Assembly (NCBI GenBank): GCA_963514005.1
Contig: OY740797.1
Coordinates: forward strand, 12,772,001 to 12,836,000
Direction: 5' to 3'
Length of the DNA: 64,000 bases
Source: Raja brachyura
Taxonomy: Eukaryota
The notes beneath the pieces were generated by a model, which ran no database searches, was not told where the DNA came from, and was given only the letters and a program-made list of their open reading frames with translations. The first letter of the stretch is position 1. Every line of letters begins with the position of its first letter. The position numbers and the translations under genes are program-made. This document shows positions 1 through 12,368 of this stretch, in pieces.

Positions 1-760
1 GGTGGAATAACTCAGCAGGCCAGGTAGCATCTGTGGTGAGAAATGAATAGTCCATGTTTTGGATCAGGACCCAAACTGTCATCTGCCCATTTCCCTCCAT
101 AGATCCTGCCTTGTACACAATGGCCCTTTCACATGTTCCTTCTCGGATATTTTCCATTTTCTAATATTTTTTCTCCTATTCTGTGTCACCACATAATCAC
201 TGCCCACTGCCATCCCCAACAACCAAATCTCCCTCAGTGAAGATATGGCAAAAAATGAATTGGAAGCTTAAAATATATTACTCCTATGCACTCAGGTTAC
301 CATTTTAGTTCAATAGACTACACTTATTTTGATATTATCATCTTTCCACTTGTGATTCCACAAGTTCTCTTTAATATTATTACCCAACATTTCTTCTTAT
401 GCCTTTTTTGTCTTCCTAACATTCTTTGTAATGTTGCCCCTGTACTTTCTAAGTTCTGTACTTTCTAAACCACGGAGTTCTGGTTATCTGTCATCAGCAC
501 CCTTTTTTTCCCCCCCTATCTTGCCCTGTGCGCTCTTCAGCATTGGGAGGATGGGGAGTGTAGCGGTCTGCTTTTGGGAGTTCAACCCTGTCTCATATTG
601 CCATAATCCACAGTATATTACACTCTTGATTCTATTTATTTGCCAAACACTGCTCTGACACTGATATCATATCCCACCCTAGTAAAATTGGCCTAGCTCT
701 AATGTAAAACTTTAAAAACCTTTAAATCTATCTTTATTTTCTGTATGCTAAATCTAACTC

Positions 761-1077
761 GGTCACGGTGGCGGTCATGGTGGCGCAGCGGTAGAGTTGC
801 TGCCTTAGACTGCACCGGAATTCAGCGCCGGAGACTCGAGTTCGATCCCAACCTCTGGGTGCAGTCTGTACGGAGTTTGTACGTTCTCCCTGTGACATGC
901 GTGGGTTTTCTCTGAGACTTCGGTTTCCTCCCACACTCCAAAGACATGCAGGTTTGTTGGTTAATTGGCTTGGTAAATGTAAAAAAAAAAAACAATTGTC
1001 CCTAGTGGGTGTAGGATGGCGTTAATGTGCGGGGATCGCTGGTCGGAGGGCCTGTTTCCGCGCTGTATCACTGAACT
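761..1077 (+). mobile_element. tRNA-derived SINE (HE1/V-SINE type)
   Basis: A-box TGGCGCAGCGG, B-box GAGTTCGATCC, central GGTTTCCTCCCACACTCCAAAGAC domain, LINE-like tail GGGCCTGTTTCCGCGCTGTATC. Confidence 0.85.
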
Positions 1078-1220
1078 TTGGTTGATGCCTCCAGAATACT
1101 CTTCCACTGCTCAGATTTATCCTCTAAAACATAGAAACATAGAAATTAGGTGCAGGAGTAGGCCATTCGGCCCTTCGAGCCTGCACCGCCATTCAATATG
1201 ATCATGGCTGATCATCCAAC

Positions 1221-3654
1221 TCAGTATCTTGTACCTGCGTTCTCTCCATACCCTCTGATCCCCTTATCCACAAGGGCCACATCTAACTCCCTCTTAAATA
1301 TAGCCAATGAACTGGCCTCAACTACCCTCTGTGGCAGAGAGTTCCAGAGACCCACCACTCTCTGTGTGAAAAAAGTCCTTCTCATCTCAGTCCTAAAGGA
1401 TTTCTCCCTTATCCTTAAGCTGTGACCCCTTGTCCTGGACCTCCCCAACATCGGGAACAATCTTCCTGCAAGTAACCTGTCCAACCCCTTAGGAATTTTG
1501 TAAGTTTCTATAAGATCCCCTCTCAATCTCCTAAATTCTAGAGAGTATAAACCGAGTCTATGCATTCTTTGTTCATAAGACAGTCCTGACATCCCAGGAA
1601 TCAGTCTGGTGAACTTTCTCTGCACTCCCTCTATGGCAATAATGTCCTTCCTCAGATCTGGAGACCAGAACTGTACGCAATACTCCATGTGTGGTCTCAC
1701 CAAGACCCTATACAACTCAAGTAGAACCTCCCTGCTCCTACACTCAAATCCTTTTGCTATGAAAGCTAACATGCCATTCACTTTCTTCACTGCCTGCTGC
1801 ACCTGCATGCCTACTTTCAATGACTGGTGTACCATGACACCCAGGTCTCGCTGCATCTCCCCTTTTCCTAATCGGCCTCCATTTAGATAATAGTCTGCTT
1901 TCCTGTTTTTGCCACCAAAGTGGATAACCTCACATTTATCCACAATATACTGCATCTGCCAAACATTTGCCCACTCACCCAGGCCATCCAAGTCACCTTG
2001 CAGTCTCCTAGCATCCTCCTCACCCTCCTCACAGCTAACACTGCCCCCCAGCTTAGTGTCATCCGCAAACTTGGAGATATTGCCTTCAATTCCCTCATCC
2101 AGATCATTAATATATATTGTAAATAGCTGGGGTCCCAGCACTGAGCCTTGTGGTACCCCACTAGTCACTGCCTGCCATTGTGAAAAGGTCCCGTTTACTC
2201 CTACTCTTTGCTTCCTGTTTGCCAGCCAGTTCTCTATCCACATCAATACTGAACCTCCAATACCATGTGCTTTAAGTTTGTATACTAATCTCTTATGTGG
2301 GACCTTGTCGAAAGCCTTCTGGAAGTCCAGATACACCACATCCACTGGTTCTCCCTTATCCACACTACCAGTTGCATCCTCGAAAAATTCCACAAGATTT
2401 GTCAGACATGATTTACCTTTCGTAAATCCATGCTGACTTTGTGCAATGATTTCACCACTTTCCAAATGTGCTGCTATCCCATCTTTAATAACTGACTCTA
2501 GCAGTTTCCCCACTACCGATGTTAGACTAACTGGTCTGTAATTCCCCGTTTTCTCTCTCCCTCCCTTCTTAAAAAGAGGGGTTACGTTTGCTACCTGCCA
2601 ATCCTCAGGAACTACTCCAGAATCTAAAGAGTTTTGAAAGATTATCACTAATGCATCCACTATTTCCGGAGCTACTTTCTTAAGTACTCTGGGATGCAGC
2701 CTATCTGGCCCTGGGGATTTATCGGCCTTTAATCCATTCAATTTACCCAACACCACTTCCCGACTAACCTGGATTTCACTCAATTCCTCCTTTGTCCCCT
2801 GCTATTTCCGGCAGATTATTTATGTCTTCCTTAGTGAAGACGGAACCAAAGTAGTTATTCAATTGGTCCGCCATATCCTTGTTCCCATGATCACTCACCT
2901 GTTTCTGACTGCAAGGGACCTTCAATACCCAACCTAAAATAGCCTGCTCTCTCGTTGGTTCCTCTACATGTTGATTTAGATAACTATCCCGCATACATTC
3001 CAAAAAATCCTCTTCCTCAGCACCCCTGCCAATTTGATTCACCCAATCTATATGTAGATTGAAGTCACCCATTATAACTGTTTTGCCTTTGTCGCACGCA
3101 TTTCTAATTTCCTGTTTGATACCATCCCCAACTTCACTACTACTGTTAGGTGGCCTGTACACAACACCCACCAGAGTTTTCTGCCCCTTAGTGTTTCGCA
3201 GCTCTACCCATATCGATTCCACATGCTCCAAGCTAATGTCCTTCGTTTCCATTGCGTTAATCTCCTCTCTAACCAGCAACGCTACCCCACCTCCTTTTCC
3301 TTTCCGTCTATCCCTCCTGAATATTGAATATTCCTGGATGTTCAGCTCCCAGCCTTGGTCACCCTGGAGCCATGTCTCCGTGATCCCAACTATATCATAA
3401 TCATTAATAGCTATCTGCACGTTCAACTCATCCACCTTATTACGAATACTCCTTGCATTGAAACACAAAGCCTTCAGGCTTATTTTTACAACACTCTTAC
3501 CCCTTATACAATTACGTTGAGAAGTGGCCCTTTTTGATTTTTGCCCTGGTTTTGTCTGCCTGCCACTTTTACTTTTCACCTTGCTCCCTATTGCTTCTAC
3601 CCTCGTTTTACACCCACCTGTCTCTCTGCTCTTGTACCCATCCCCCTGCCACAT
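1221..3654 (-). pseudogene. CR1 ORF2 (APE endonuclease + reverse transcriptase), disrupted
   Basis: APE motifs (NARS, GITETW, YRPP, MGDFN) and RT motifs (KSPGPD, NYRPVSLTS, GVPQGSVLGP, FADD). There is an abrupt deletion after EQAILGWVL (~2920) and a frameshift at ~2780. Confidence 0.9.
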
Positions 3655-4577
3655 TAGTTTAAATCCTCCCTGACAGCACTAGTAAACACTCCCCCAAGGA
3701 CATTGGTTCCATTCCAGCCCAGGTGCAGATCGTCCTGTTTGTACTGGTCCCACCTCCCCCAAAAATAGTTCCAGTGCCCTAAAAATTTGAATCCCTCCCC
3801 CTTGCACCATTTTGCAAGCCACGTATTCATCTGCAATATCCTCCTATTTATACTGTGACTGGCCCGTGGTGCTGGTAATAATCCAGAGATTATTACCTTT
3901 GAGGTCCTACTTTTAAGTTTATCTCCTAGCTCCCTAAATTCACCTTGTAGGACCTCATCCCTTTTTTTACCTATATCGTTGGTGCCAATATGCACCTCGA
4001 CAACTGGCTGTTCACCCTCCCCCTCCAGAATGTTCTGCAGCCGTTCAGTGACATCCCTAACCCTTGCGCCAGGGAGGCAACATACCATCCTGGAGTCTTG
4101 TTTGCGGCCGCAGAAATGCCTATCTATTCCCCTGACAATTGAATCCCCTATTACTATTGCCCTTCCCCTCTTTTTTCCCACATCATGTGCTGCAGAGCCA
4201 TGAACTTGGCTGCTGCCGCATTCCCCTGATAAGCCATCTCCTTCAACAGTATCCAAAATGGTAAACCTGTTTAGGATGAAGTTGACCGCAGGAGACTCCT
4301 GCACTACCTGCCTACTGCTTTGCTGGTTATTGGCCACCCGCTCCCTTTCTGTCCTCTTACCTTTTACCTGTGGTGTGACCAACTCGCTGTACGTGCTATC
4401 CACGACTTTCTCTGCATCGTGGATGCTCCAGTATGAATCCAGCCGCAACTCCAATCGTTCAATGCGGTCTGCCAGGAGCTGCAGCTGGACACACTCCCTG
4501 CAAATGTAGTCACCAGGGACACCGACAATATCCCTGATCTCCCACATGTTGCAGGCTGAGCAAACCCATGGGGCCAA
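3654..4577 (-). CDS. CR1 ORF1p (N-terminal CxxC..CxxC + coiled coil + SGNH/GDSL esterase domain)
   Basis: CSAC...CREC, IGDSIVRG, CLPGARV, HIGTND, DDLHL motifs; uninterrupted 307 aa. Confidence 0.88.
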   Translation of the reverse strand: MAPWVCSACNMWEIRDIVGVPGDYICRECVQLQLLADRIERLELRLDSYWSIHDAEKVVDSTYSELVTPQVKGKRTERERVANNQQSSRQVVQESPAVNFILNRFTILDTVEGDGLSGECGSSQVHGSAAHDVGKKRGRAIVIGDSIVRGIDRHFCGRKQDSRMVCCLPGARVRDVTERLQNILEGEGEQPVVEVHIGTNDIGKKRDEVLQGEFRELGDKLKSRTSKVIISGLLPAPRASHSINRRILQMNTWLAKWCKGEGFKFLGHWNYFWGRWDQYKQDDLHLGWNGTNVLGGVFTSAVREDLN

Positions 4578-4734
4578 TCTCTACTGACATATCTTACTCC
4601 CAAATTACTCTGTATTAAATATATATATATATATTTTTTTAAAAAAAATTTATTTTTTATTTTTATTAAACACAAAACTTTATCCTTTAAACTTTACTAA
4701 TAAATACTGAATCCCAAATGTCCAAACTCAGGTT

Positions 4735-5150
4735 CAGATTCAGATTAAGTTATTAGTCATGTACATCAGGGTGCAATGAAATTCCTTGTCCGCATGAGGG
4801 TCGTAGAGTAAACAGGTAATAATAGAGTCAACATGGAAATAATAAACACAACAACCAATAAAATAACAAATGAAAAACGACAGGAGGGTGCAAAGATTAT
4901 TCTGCAATCTGAAGTATTGCAAAAATAAAACCTAAGTGCAATATTAGAATTCTGAATGAGATAGGGTTACATTTCCAGAATTGTGGTGTGAAAAAGGTGA
5001 TTGCTTCAGGAGTTTAATAGCAGTGGGAAGAAGCTGTTTTTAAGCTTGGCCGTCCAGCTTTCAAGCTGCTCTCTCTTCTCCCAGAAGGTAGAAGAGTGAA
5101 AAGGGAATGGCCATGATGGAGAGATCCTTGACAATACTTCCCGCCTTTGT
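4735..5150 (-). mobile_element. Degenerate Rex1/Babar-like LINE 3' end
   Basis: KLKNSFFP C-terminal motif and (ATCTGA)n-like tail. Confidence 0.55.
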
Positions 5151-5277
5151 GATGGAAGTGACAAGTGCAAATAAGGGTCTAAAAAAATGGATGTTAGATC
5201 CCTAACCATATTGACCTAAACACTCCGTGTCTCTGCTTTATACAGCTCTGAAACTGATATTATATTCCACCCTTGTG

Positions 5278-6314
5278 TAGGTATGTTACAAAACTTACCT
5301 TGAGCAGCGCTGCAGTTCTGCCGCTCCCCGTGTGCGTGACTTTGGCGCCTTTCAGACTTTAAACGGCATGTTTAAAGTGCCGTTTTTCTACAGACGGGCA
5401 AATCGATCCATGTTAGGGGATTTCGTTGCTGAAGAAAAATCGCTCCGACATTTCATTCATGAAGGTATTTTTAAATTATGCTAGATTATTTATTAGCTAG
5501 AGTAATTTAAAAATCATCTTCTAAAGCCGTGAGCGCCGACAACGGGAAGGATTTTATGTAGGGGAGAAAATAAAGTACACAATTTATTTTTACATTAAAA
5601 CTTGGTTTTTAGGAAGCCTTTAATCACATTTTCATGTTGCGAAATGGGGACAAAAAAAATGTATGAACCGGCAGTATTTTTCATGCCGACTTCACCGCAA
5701 ACCGCAAAGTTCCAATCCACTGTGTTCCTCTAAAACCCACTCGTAAGTTCATTTAAATGGCCATTAATTTACAGGAATTAAACACTAAATTCCTTCCATT
5801 TGGCCTATAAATTCATGAAAATTAGATTTAAAAATCATGTTATATTGTGAATTATTGTGTGAATGTTATTTGGACACTTGGGCAATTAAAAAAAGTTCAT
5901 CTTTTCTTAAGAAATGGATAGATGTTTAGATCTAGTAATTAAATTTTGTAATTAGCTACAATTAGGCAACTAACTAATTATATGCTTTAACTTCAGGTCA
6001 TCCGAGTAATATTGCTTCATACTTGTTTCAGAATGCTTCAATCTATAATAACTGAAAATTTCATTGAGTTCTCTTAATTTTTAAGAACGTTATGGGCTTT
6101 TGACTGTCCTAGATCACAGCTTTGTGTTAAGTCAATGGAAAGGCAATGGGGAACAAGATGCTAATTTCCGAGTATGAAAATGGTCATAACTTTTTTAATA
6201 CTGAAGATATGAAAGTGAATTAGGTGTCAAATTAAACTTATTTTTATGCTTTATCTGATGGGATAAATTACAGACTTGATTTTTTTTTTATCTCAAAATT
6301 TTGTAACATTGCTA
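5278..6314 (+). mobile_element. Non-autonomous TIR DNA transposon, copy 1 (1037 bp, 7-bp TSD CCTTGTG)
   Basis: TIRs TAGGTATGTTACAAAA / TTTTGTAACATTGCTA; CCTTGTG at 5271-5277 and 6315-6321; homologous inverted copy at 49085-50119. Confidence 0.9.
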
Positions 6315-6744
6315 CCTTGTGAAATTAATCTTGCCCTGATTTAAAACTTTTAACCTGGTTTATCTTGATAAGAATCCATCCTCCATCTATTGACCTTGAT
6401 TTTCTAAAATGTATTGCTCTCCACTTACTTGCATTGAAGTTAATTGAAGTCTAACTTTATTAATATCTTTCCTTTTTTTTCCTCATTCCTTTCCCATTTT
6501 GGTGTCAACTGCAATTTGAACATTTGCAACTATGATTAAGATTCTCCTTAAAATGAGTTCATGAACCAAACTTTAATTCAGCACTTCTGATGTCTCCTTA
6601 TTTAGTTTGGTATCTCTGTTTGGTTTGGTTATATCTAAGAAGCACTTTGTGGTGTTTTCTCCTTTAAAGGTACTATATATATATGCAAGTCATTGTTGTT
6701 GTTGATCTATGCAGGTATCTCTTCCTCTTCCACTACTCTTGCAC

Positions 6745-6963
6745 TAGGGGCATTTTTTTTTTTACATCTGACCAAGCCAATTAACCTACAAACCTGTATG
6801 TCTTTGGAATGTGGGAGGAAACCGAAGATCTCGGAGAAAACCCACGCAGGTCACGGGGCGAACGTACAATCTCCGTACAGACAGCACCCGCAATCGGGAT
6901 TGAACCCGAGTCTCCGGTGCTGCATTCGCTGTAAGGCAGCAACTCTCTCGCTGCGCCACCGTG
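6745..6963 (-). mobile_element. HE1-type SINE
   Basis: Reverse complement of the 761-1077 SINE head and core. Confidence 0.8.
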
Positions 6964-7105
6964 ACTGTGTAATGAGAGACTTTCATTAATTCTATTTGTG
7001 GAAATCTCTCCAAGATAGGGATCACTCTCATGAAGATTGATCTTTATTTATTTTAATAGGATCAAATTCTAATTTGTTACTTTTGTTATTTTTCTTTAAT
7101 TATAG

Positions 7106-7211
7106 AGGAGCGCCAAGAAAAGCCAATGTGGCTGCACCCACATCTGCCTGTCTAACCTATCAACTACAAGGCAGTGATAAAAGATACCATCTTCCACTGA
7201 AAGAATTATTG
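7106..7211 (+). CDS. TSNAXIP1: TSNAXIP1 probable coding exon (GAPRKANVAAPTSACLTYQLQGSDKRYHLPLKELL)
   Basis: Polypyrimidine tract + TAG acceptor, G|GTAAAG donor, open frame ending in phase 0 that fits the next exon. Little recognisable homology. Confidence 0.65.
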
Positions 7212-7642
7212 GTAAAGCATTTTCAACACTCAAATTAGACCTAACTAAGTATTTTAGGTAAACTGAGAAGCAATGGAACGATGGACAAAAATCATTGCAA
7301 TGGGGGGGGGGGGGGGGGGAGGGATAGACGGAACTTCATTGCTAAATGCAATCATATTATGACATATTATTTTAGATATGTTTTCTGACAGCTGCCACAA
7401 TAAAGCTAAGTATTTTTATTAAATTTCTTTTATCATCACGTTTCTACTTCTGAATCATTTTCCTTCATTGGTCTGCGTTTTAAGAATGTGTTAATTTTAG
7501 TGTTTCTCCATTTGTTTCCCCTCAAAACATTCCCAAGCAATAAGTAAGGTCAGAGTATCGATGTATCTATCTTAAAGTGTGGCTTGGGAGACACCACCAA
7601 GAAGATAAAGGGGGATTTGATACCAACATAGAAAAATTGTAC

Positions 7643-7775
7643 AGGAAGGAACTGCAGATGGTGGTTTACACCGAAGATAGACTTAAAATGTTGGAGTACT
7701 TCAGTGGGATAGTTAGCATCTCTGAATAGAAGAAATCGATTACGTTTTGGGTCAAGACGCTTCTTCAGACTTCAG
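7643..7775 (-). repeat. Penelope-like pseudo-LTR repeat with degenerate hammerhead-like core
   Basis: AGGAACTGCAGATG...GCAGCATCTCTG...CTTCTTCAGAC family motif repeated throughout the window. Confidence 0.65.
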
Positions 7776-7871
7776 ACAAATTTGTATTATTGAAGACAGA
7801 AATAATTTTCTCTTTGATACGTCCTTTTTCTATTAATTAACAAACTGACCGTGCATTTCTTTGCCATGTAG

Positions 7872-7984
7872 CCGAGTGTGCAAGTGAATGAGGGATACAT
7901 ATCCAGCTGGCCTGGGCACATAACTAGTGAGGTTATTCAACATAAACAAAAGTTCCAGCCATTAAATATTGACAAGCAGCATGG
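7872..7984 (+). CDS. TSNAXIP1: TSNAXIP1 exon (PSVQVNEGYISSWPGHITSEVIQHKQKF...)
   Basis: TAG acceptor, GG|GTAAGA donor; resembles human GGHLSPWPTYTSGQTI. Confidence 0.85.
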
Positions 7985-9228
7985 GTAAGAAGAACAATTT
8001 GTTAATAGATATTGTTAAAGTCTAGAATTGGAAGCAGTTATACTTTATAAAGATAAAATTGTACATCAATTTTAAATGACATGCCGTTGCTGTCTGAACC
8101 ATTTCTATCAGATATAATAAAAGCCTATGTTGATTTTACTCAACTTCACTTAAGGTGGTTACAATTGGACTCTGTTTTTGTCACCAGAAATGATGACAAG
8201 GCAAAGTTGAGGATTCTCACCTTGGAAATAGGAAAATGAGTTGGCCTTTCTATCCCCAGAGAATGCTGCATTATTCAATTAGATCAACTGATATGTACTA
8301 CTTCTAAATGTTTATGGGAATAGAGCAGGAAGATACTTTTATCCTCAATGTATGTTTTTTGACTAGCTTTACAAAGCATCTTGCCGAGGCAACCCAGTAA
8401 CTGCTACCAGGACAGCCACATCTGCAAGTTGCAGTGCGAAACGTGACCTTGCACTTTCAGTAGCTGCTGTTTCACACAATAACCTAGACAGAATAAAATG
8501 TAGAAACTAGGAACTGCAGATGCTGTTTTACAAAAAAAATGTATAAAGTGCTGGAGTAACCATGTCAGTTAGGCATCAGTTTAAATAGTAAATACTTTTA
8601 CTTGATACATTTCTGATCCTGTTCACTAATCTTTGCCTCATATCGCTGGCTATCAAGCATTGTTCACTATAATTATGGGAACTTGTGGGATTATATATAT
8701 AATTATGGGAAATTATGGGAACATTGGCCATAATTCCATGTCTTGCATCTGCCCCATGACTTTTAAAAGTGGTTCTTAAGGCTTACATTGTTCCTTTATA
8801 GTGATAGATGATTAAGCATCAGATCATATGTGTCTGTCTCTACAATAGGAGAGTCTACGGTTTTGTTAAGCTGCATCTGTTGTGGCTCCCCTTCCATGAA
8901 TGTTAAAATCCCATTGTCTCATTCTCCAGTTGCTTGCAACGTAGATGCTATCAAAAGTAATTTCAACAAATTGTGCAGATTCCATTTCTCGATCATCTGC
9001 ATGGGACTTGTGACTGAATATGCTTGCAAATGCTTCACACAATGGGCCACACAATCATTGAGAGCAATGCACACAAATTGAAGAACATTTATTTGTAATA
9101 ATATATAAATAATGCAACAAGCAACATTTCTGTAATAATGCCCGGTGCTCCATTTTACTGAAGGAAGCAGAAGTGGATATATTATAGCAGTGACCTTTTT
9201 TCCTAAAATTCCTCTTTTAATCGTTCAG

Positions 9229-9355
9229 GTACAATGCTACATATGTAAGCAATTCACCAAAACCTCGATTCTTGGAAAAGCTGGAAGACCACCTGAGGAA
9301 AGAGCTGAAAGTCTTGGACCCAAATATACCTAACGCTCAGGAAATAAATCTACAA
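9229..9355 (+). CDS. TSNAXIP1: TSNAXIP1 exon (...PKPRFLEKLEDHLRKELKVLDPNIPNAQEINLQ)
   Basis: CAG acceptor, GT donor, phases 2 to 0; resembles human KPQYLEELENYLRKEL. Confidence 0.92.
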
Positions 9356-10552
9356 GTGCGTATAAAATTAAAATATATAGCTCAGTAGCAATGTAACATT
9401 ATGAATGATTATATCATTTTTCCATTGTGTCCATCCCAAACATAGTCCAATTTTCACAAAACAATGGCCAGTAATAAAACAATCCATGCTTCACAAAAGG
9501 GTGTTTCTTGAAAGGAAATAAAACCCGTACAGTGCAGCTAATTGTCATGTTTGCTCCTGTGACACCACCATATGCATCCTGCCAATTAGATAATTGCCTT
9601 TTATTCCTTAACTCTTTCTACTGCTCCGAGGCCTGTTTCCTGAAATCATCAATAATTTGTTTCCAAATCTACAGGCTTTAACTTTCACTGACAGTTCCTC
9701 CTGGAGGACTTTGCAGAATGCTTTCTGGAGTCCATATCAATGACATAAACTGACTTTTTCCTGCCTATGACTTCAGTCATCTCACCAAGTAATTTAATAA
9801 GAGTATTCAGATATGACCTCCTCTTTATTAACTTGTGAGGCTATTAATCAGCTGACGATTTCTGCGGTGTTGTGTAACTTTGATCTTAAGGAAAGACATA
9901 AGCACATAAAAGATAGAAGTAGAAAAAGGGCATTTATTTCTTTGTGTCTGTTCCATCGTTCACTAAGGTCATGGCTAACCTTTTACCTCAGTGCCACTTT
10001 GCAGCACTAACCTTGTATCCATGGCTTCCCTGAGAATCTAAAATGGTATCAATCTGTCTTGATTGTCCTGAGCAATGAAGTCCCCAATCAATTTCCCTTG
10101 GATGAAGAAATCACTTCTCATCTTAGTCCTGAATGGTCAAACGCTTTTTTAAGAAATAAAATGAATTTTTAAAAAACAGTTGTCGGCAGATTTTCTTGAA
10201 TAATCATTGCAAGAGATTTTACAGATCCTCATTTTCAAAGTATTCCCTTTGCTCAGATGGTGTAGAATTTTCTAATTGTCAGCTGAATGTTTATTTTGAG
10301 ATGAACTAGTGTGTACCAACCCTCAGTGATCAGTAGGATCTTTGGCTTTTCTTTCATCTAACTCTTGCACCAGGATTCAAGAAAGCTCTCCAGAATACTT
10401 AGGATAAGTACAGCATCAAAAGCTGCAGTTGATATGAAATGTTTAAAATCGTTTACCCATAGCCTGTGGTAATCATTTCCTAAATTATTGAAGTGCTGAG
10501 TTCATCCCTGCATATCATTGCTGAGTAACTAATTATTCTGCTTTCTACAAAG

Positions 10553-10646
10553 GCTTATCGTGAAGTGTTTGAATATTTCATTGAGGATTTAAAAACCTAC
10601 AAGCCATTGCTCGCAGCCATCAAAAATGAATACGAAGTTGTCCTAG
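10553..10646 (+). CDS. TSNAXIP1: TSNAXIP1 exon (AYREVFEYFIEDLKTYKPLLAAIKNEYEVVL)
   Basis: AG acceptor, GTATGT donor; strong match to human YREIFEFFIEDFKTYKPLLSSIKNAYE. Confidence 0.95.
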
Positions 10647-10853
10647 GTATGTAATTTTCACAGACAGCACCTCCAAATATCTGAGTGAATAAAGATGAAA
10701 ACATTTGATCATCAAGCAGGCAGTTAATAACCAATTAATTACTTGTGTCAATTAGAAATTGTCCATTCAACAATTAATTGTAACACAAATATTTCTGTTT
10801 AAAAATGATTTCAAATTACACATGGTACTGTCAAGAACTCCTCAGTAGTGTTA

Positions 10854-12368
10854 AGGGCCTTTCCCACTTGGGAGACCTCCACTGCGAGCTCTGGCGACCT
10901 TAAGCGACTAAAAAAAAAGTCATCGACTGTGTGTACGACCTCCTAGGTCTATGTTGAAGACCTCCCTCGACTATGAAGAAGACCTCCTTCGACTATGTTG
11001 AAGACTGGCTTCGACCATGTACCTTTTACTAGAGGATGGTCTCTGGCAAATTGGTCCATGAATGAGCACGACCCCCTTCCACCTCAGAGGACTGTACCGA
11101 AAACCAACAACGACCAGTGACGAGTGTCTACAGCGCAAATGATCGCCTGATAAAGTTATGTCATGTCTGCAATTTTTTCTTACTTAAAAATGCCTCCCAG
11201 GTTTAAAAAAAAATAAAATTCTGAACCATGCAAGCAAGGAAGAAACTAGTTTGGAGGATGTTAGTAAAATTACAACTGCTGCTGTTTGCAGTAGTCCTTT
11301 TGATTCAGCAGCCTTTTAAGAAAGGCAGGAGGAAGAGCAAGGGTGAAGAGGAAGCATGAGAAGTGGTCTCAATGGGTGAATGGAGATGCTATGATGGACT
11401 GTCCCAGTACACCAGATGACTGGAAGAGGGTAGCGCTGAGCTTTGACAAAAGATGGAACTTTAAGCACACATGTGGGGCAGTGGATGGCAAGCATGCCAT
11501 TCTTGTCCCTGTCCCTGTACCCCTCATTTTCCTTTTCGTACAGGACGGCATTCTGCTGGAACCATTCCTCAAGGTCCCCCTCCTGCTGCCTGGTGAAGGT
11601 GTAGGGCATAACCTTCCTCCAGCCCTCCCTCACCACCAATGGGGCATCTGCCTCTGATGCTGTGTCAGACACCGGAGAAAGAGCTGCTTTGCTGCTTTCA
11701 AATGAGGCAGTGAAGGATGGGGTGGTGGTTGGGACATATACTACCACCCTGATCTCCTCCTCCAGGGGTCTCTCCTGCAAGGCTACCTCCTCCTGCACTA
11801 TCACCTCCTGTGGCATCACCTCCTGCCACTCCTCCATCTCCTGGGTGGGCAACACCTGCATGGCAGGTTTTTTTTAGGGTTGTGTCCTCCCCCTGCGCTG
11901 CTGCCTTTTTGGTGCCATCTCTAAAACACAAGTCTCCTCTCCAAACAACTCTCCAGCTATGAATGAGCATACCTTGGAGTGACCGAGGTGACGTTCTGCT
12001 GTTTAAGTTACCTTTTTTTTCTACTGACCTTTTTTTCACCCCGGATCTATTACCTTAGACTACCTTCGACCACCTTCGACTACCTACGACTAGCATCACG
12101 ACCTACTACGATCGGCTTTGACTAGATCTACAACTAAAAAAATATTTATTTTTCCCACGGTGACCTATTTTAAGTCGCGATCAATTTTTAACATCTTGAA
12201 AAATACGCCTCGACCTAGCTGAAGCCTCGACTACGCGGAGACAACTCTCGACCATGAAGGAGAGTGACAAAGTCCTCCTACGACCTCGTGGCGACCTTGC
12301 CGCGACTATGGGTCGAGGGCAAACTCACCAGAGGTTGCGGTGGAGGTCCCCCAAGAGGGACAGGGGCT
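10854..12368 (+). mobile_element. PIF/Harbinger DNA transposon, internally deleted
   Basis: Imperfect TIRs (AGGGCCTTTCCCACTTGG...), TTA on both sides, subterminal CGACT repeats. Transposase remnant FDKRWNFKHTCGAVDGKH on + (~11390-11500) and MADF/Myb-like remnant WFQQNAVLYEKENEGYRDRDK on -. Confidence 0.85.

Larger units (their letters stand above)
1127..4680 (-). mobile_element. CR1-clade LINE, near full-length but internally deleted
   Basis: ORF1 and ORF2 remnants plus (CTATGTTT)n 3' tail at ~1127-1143. Possible degenerate TSD TTTATCCTYTAAA at ~1116 and ~4679. Confidence 0.92.

Noticed and set aside
761-850. tRNA gene
   Set aside because: The A and B boxes belong to a SINE head that continues into the SINE core; no cloverleaf or oligo-T terminator.
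1609-3400. Plus-strand ORFs antisense to CR1 ORF2 (also 35330-36144)
   Set aside because: Shadow ORFs of LINE coding sequence.
10920-11020. CRISPR-like or satellite array of CGACTATG.TGAAGAC units (also ~12050-12130 and ~55550-55790)
   Set aside because: No unique spacers, eukaryotic context; these are subterminal repeats of Harbinger elements.
11316-11861. Host gene or domesticated HARBI1/NAIF1-like gene
   Set aside because: Short fragments fused at a deletion junction and enclosed by TIRs and a TSD.
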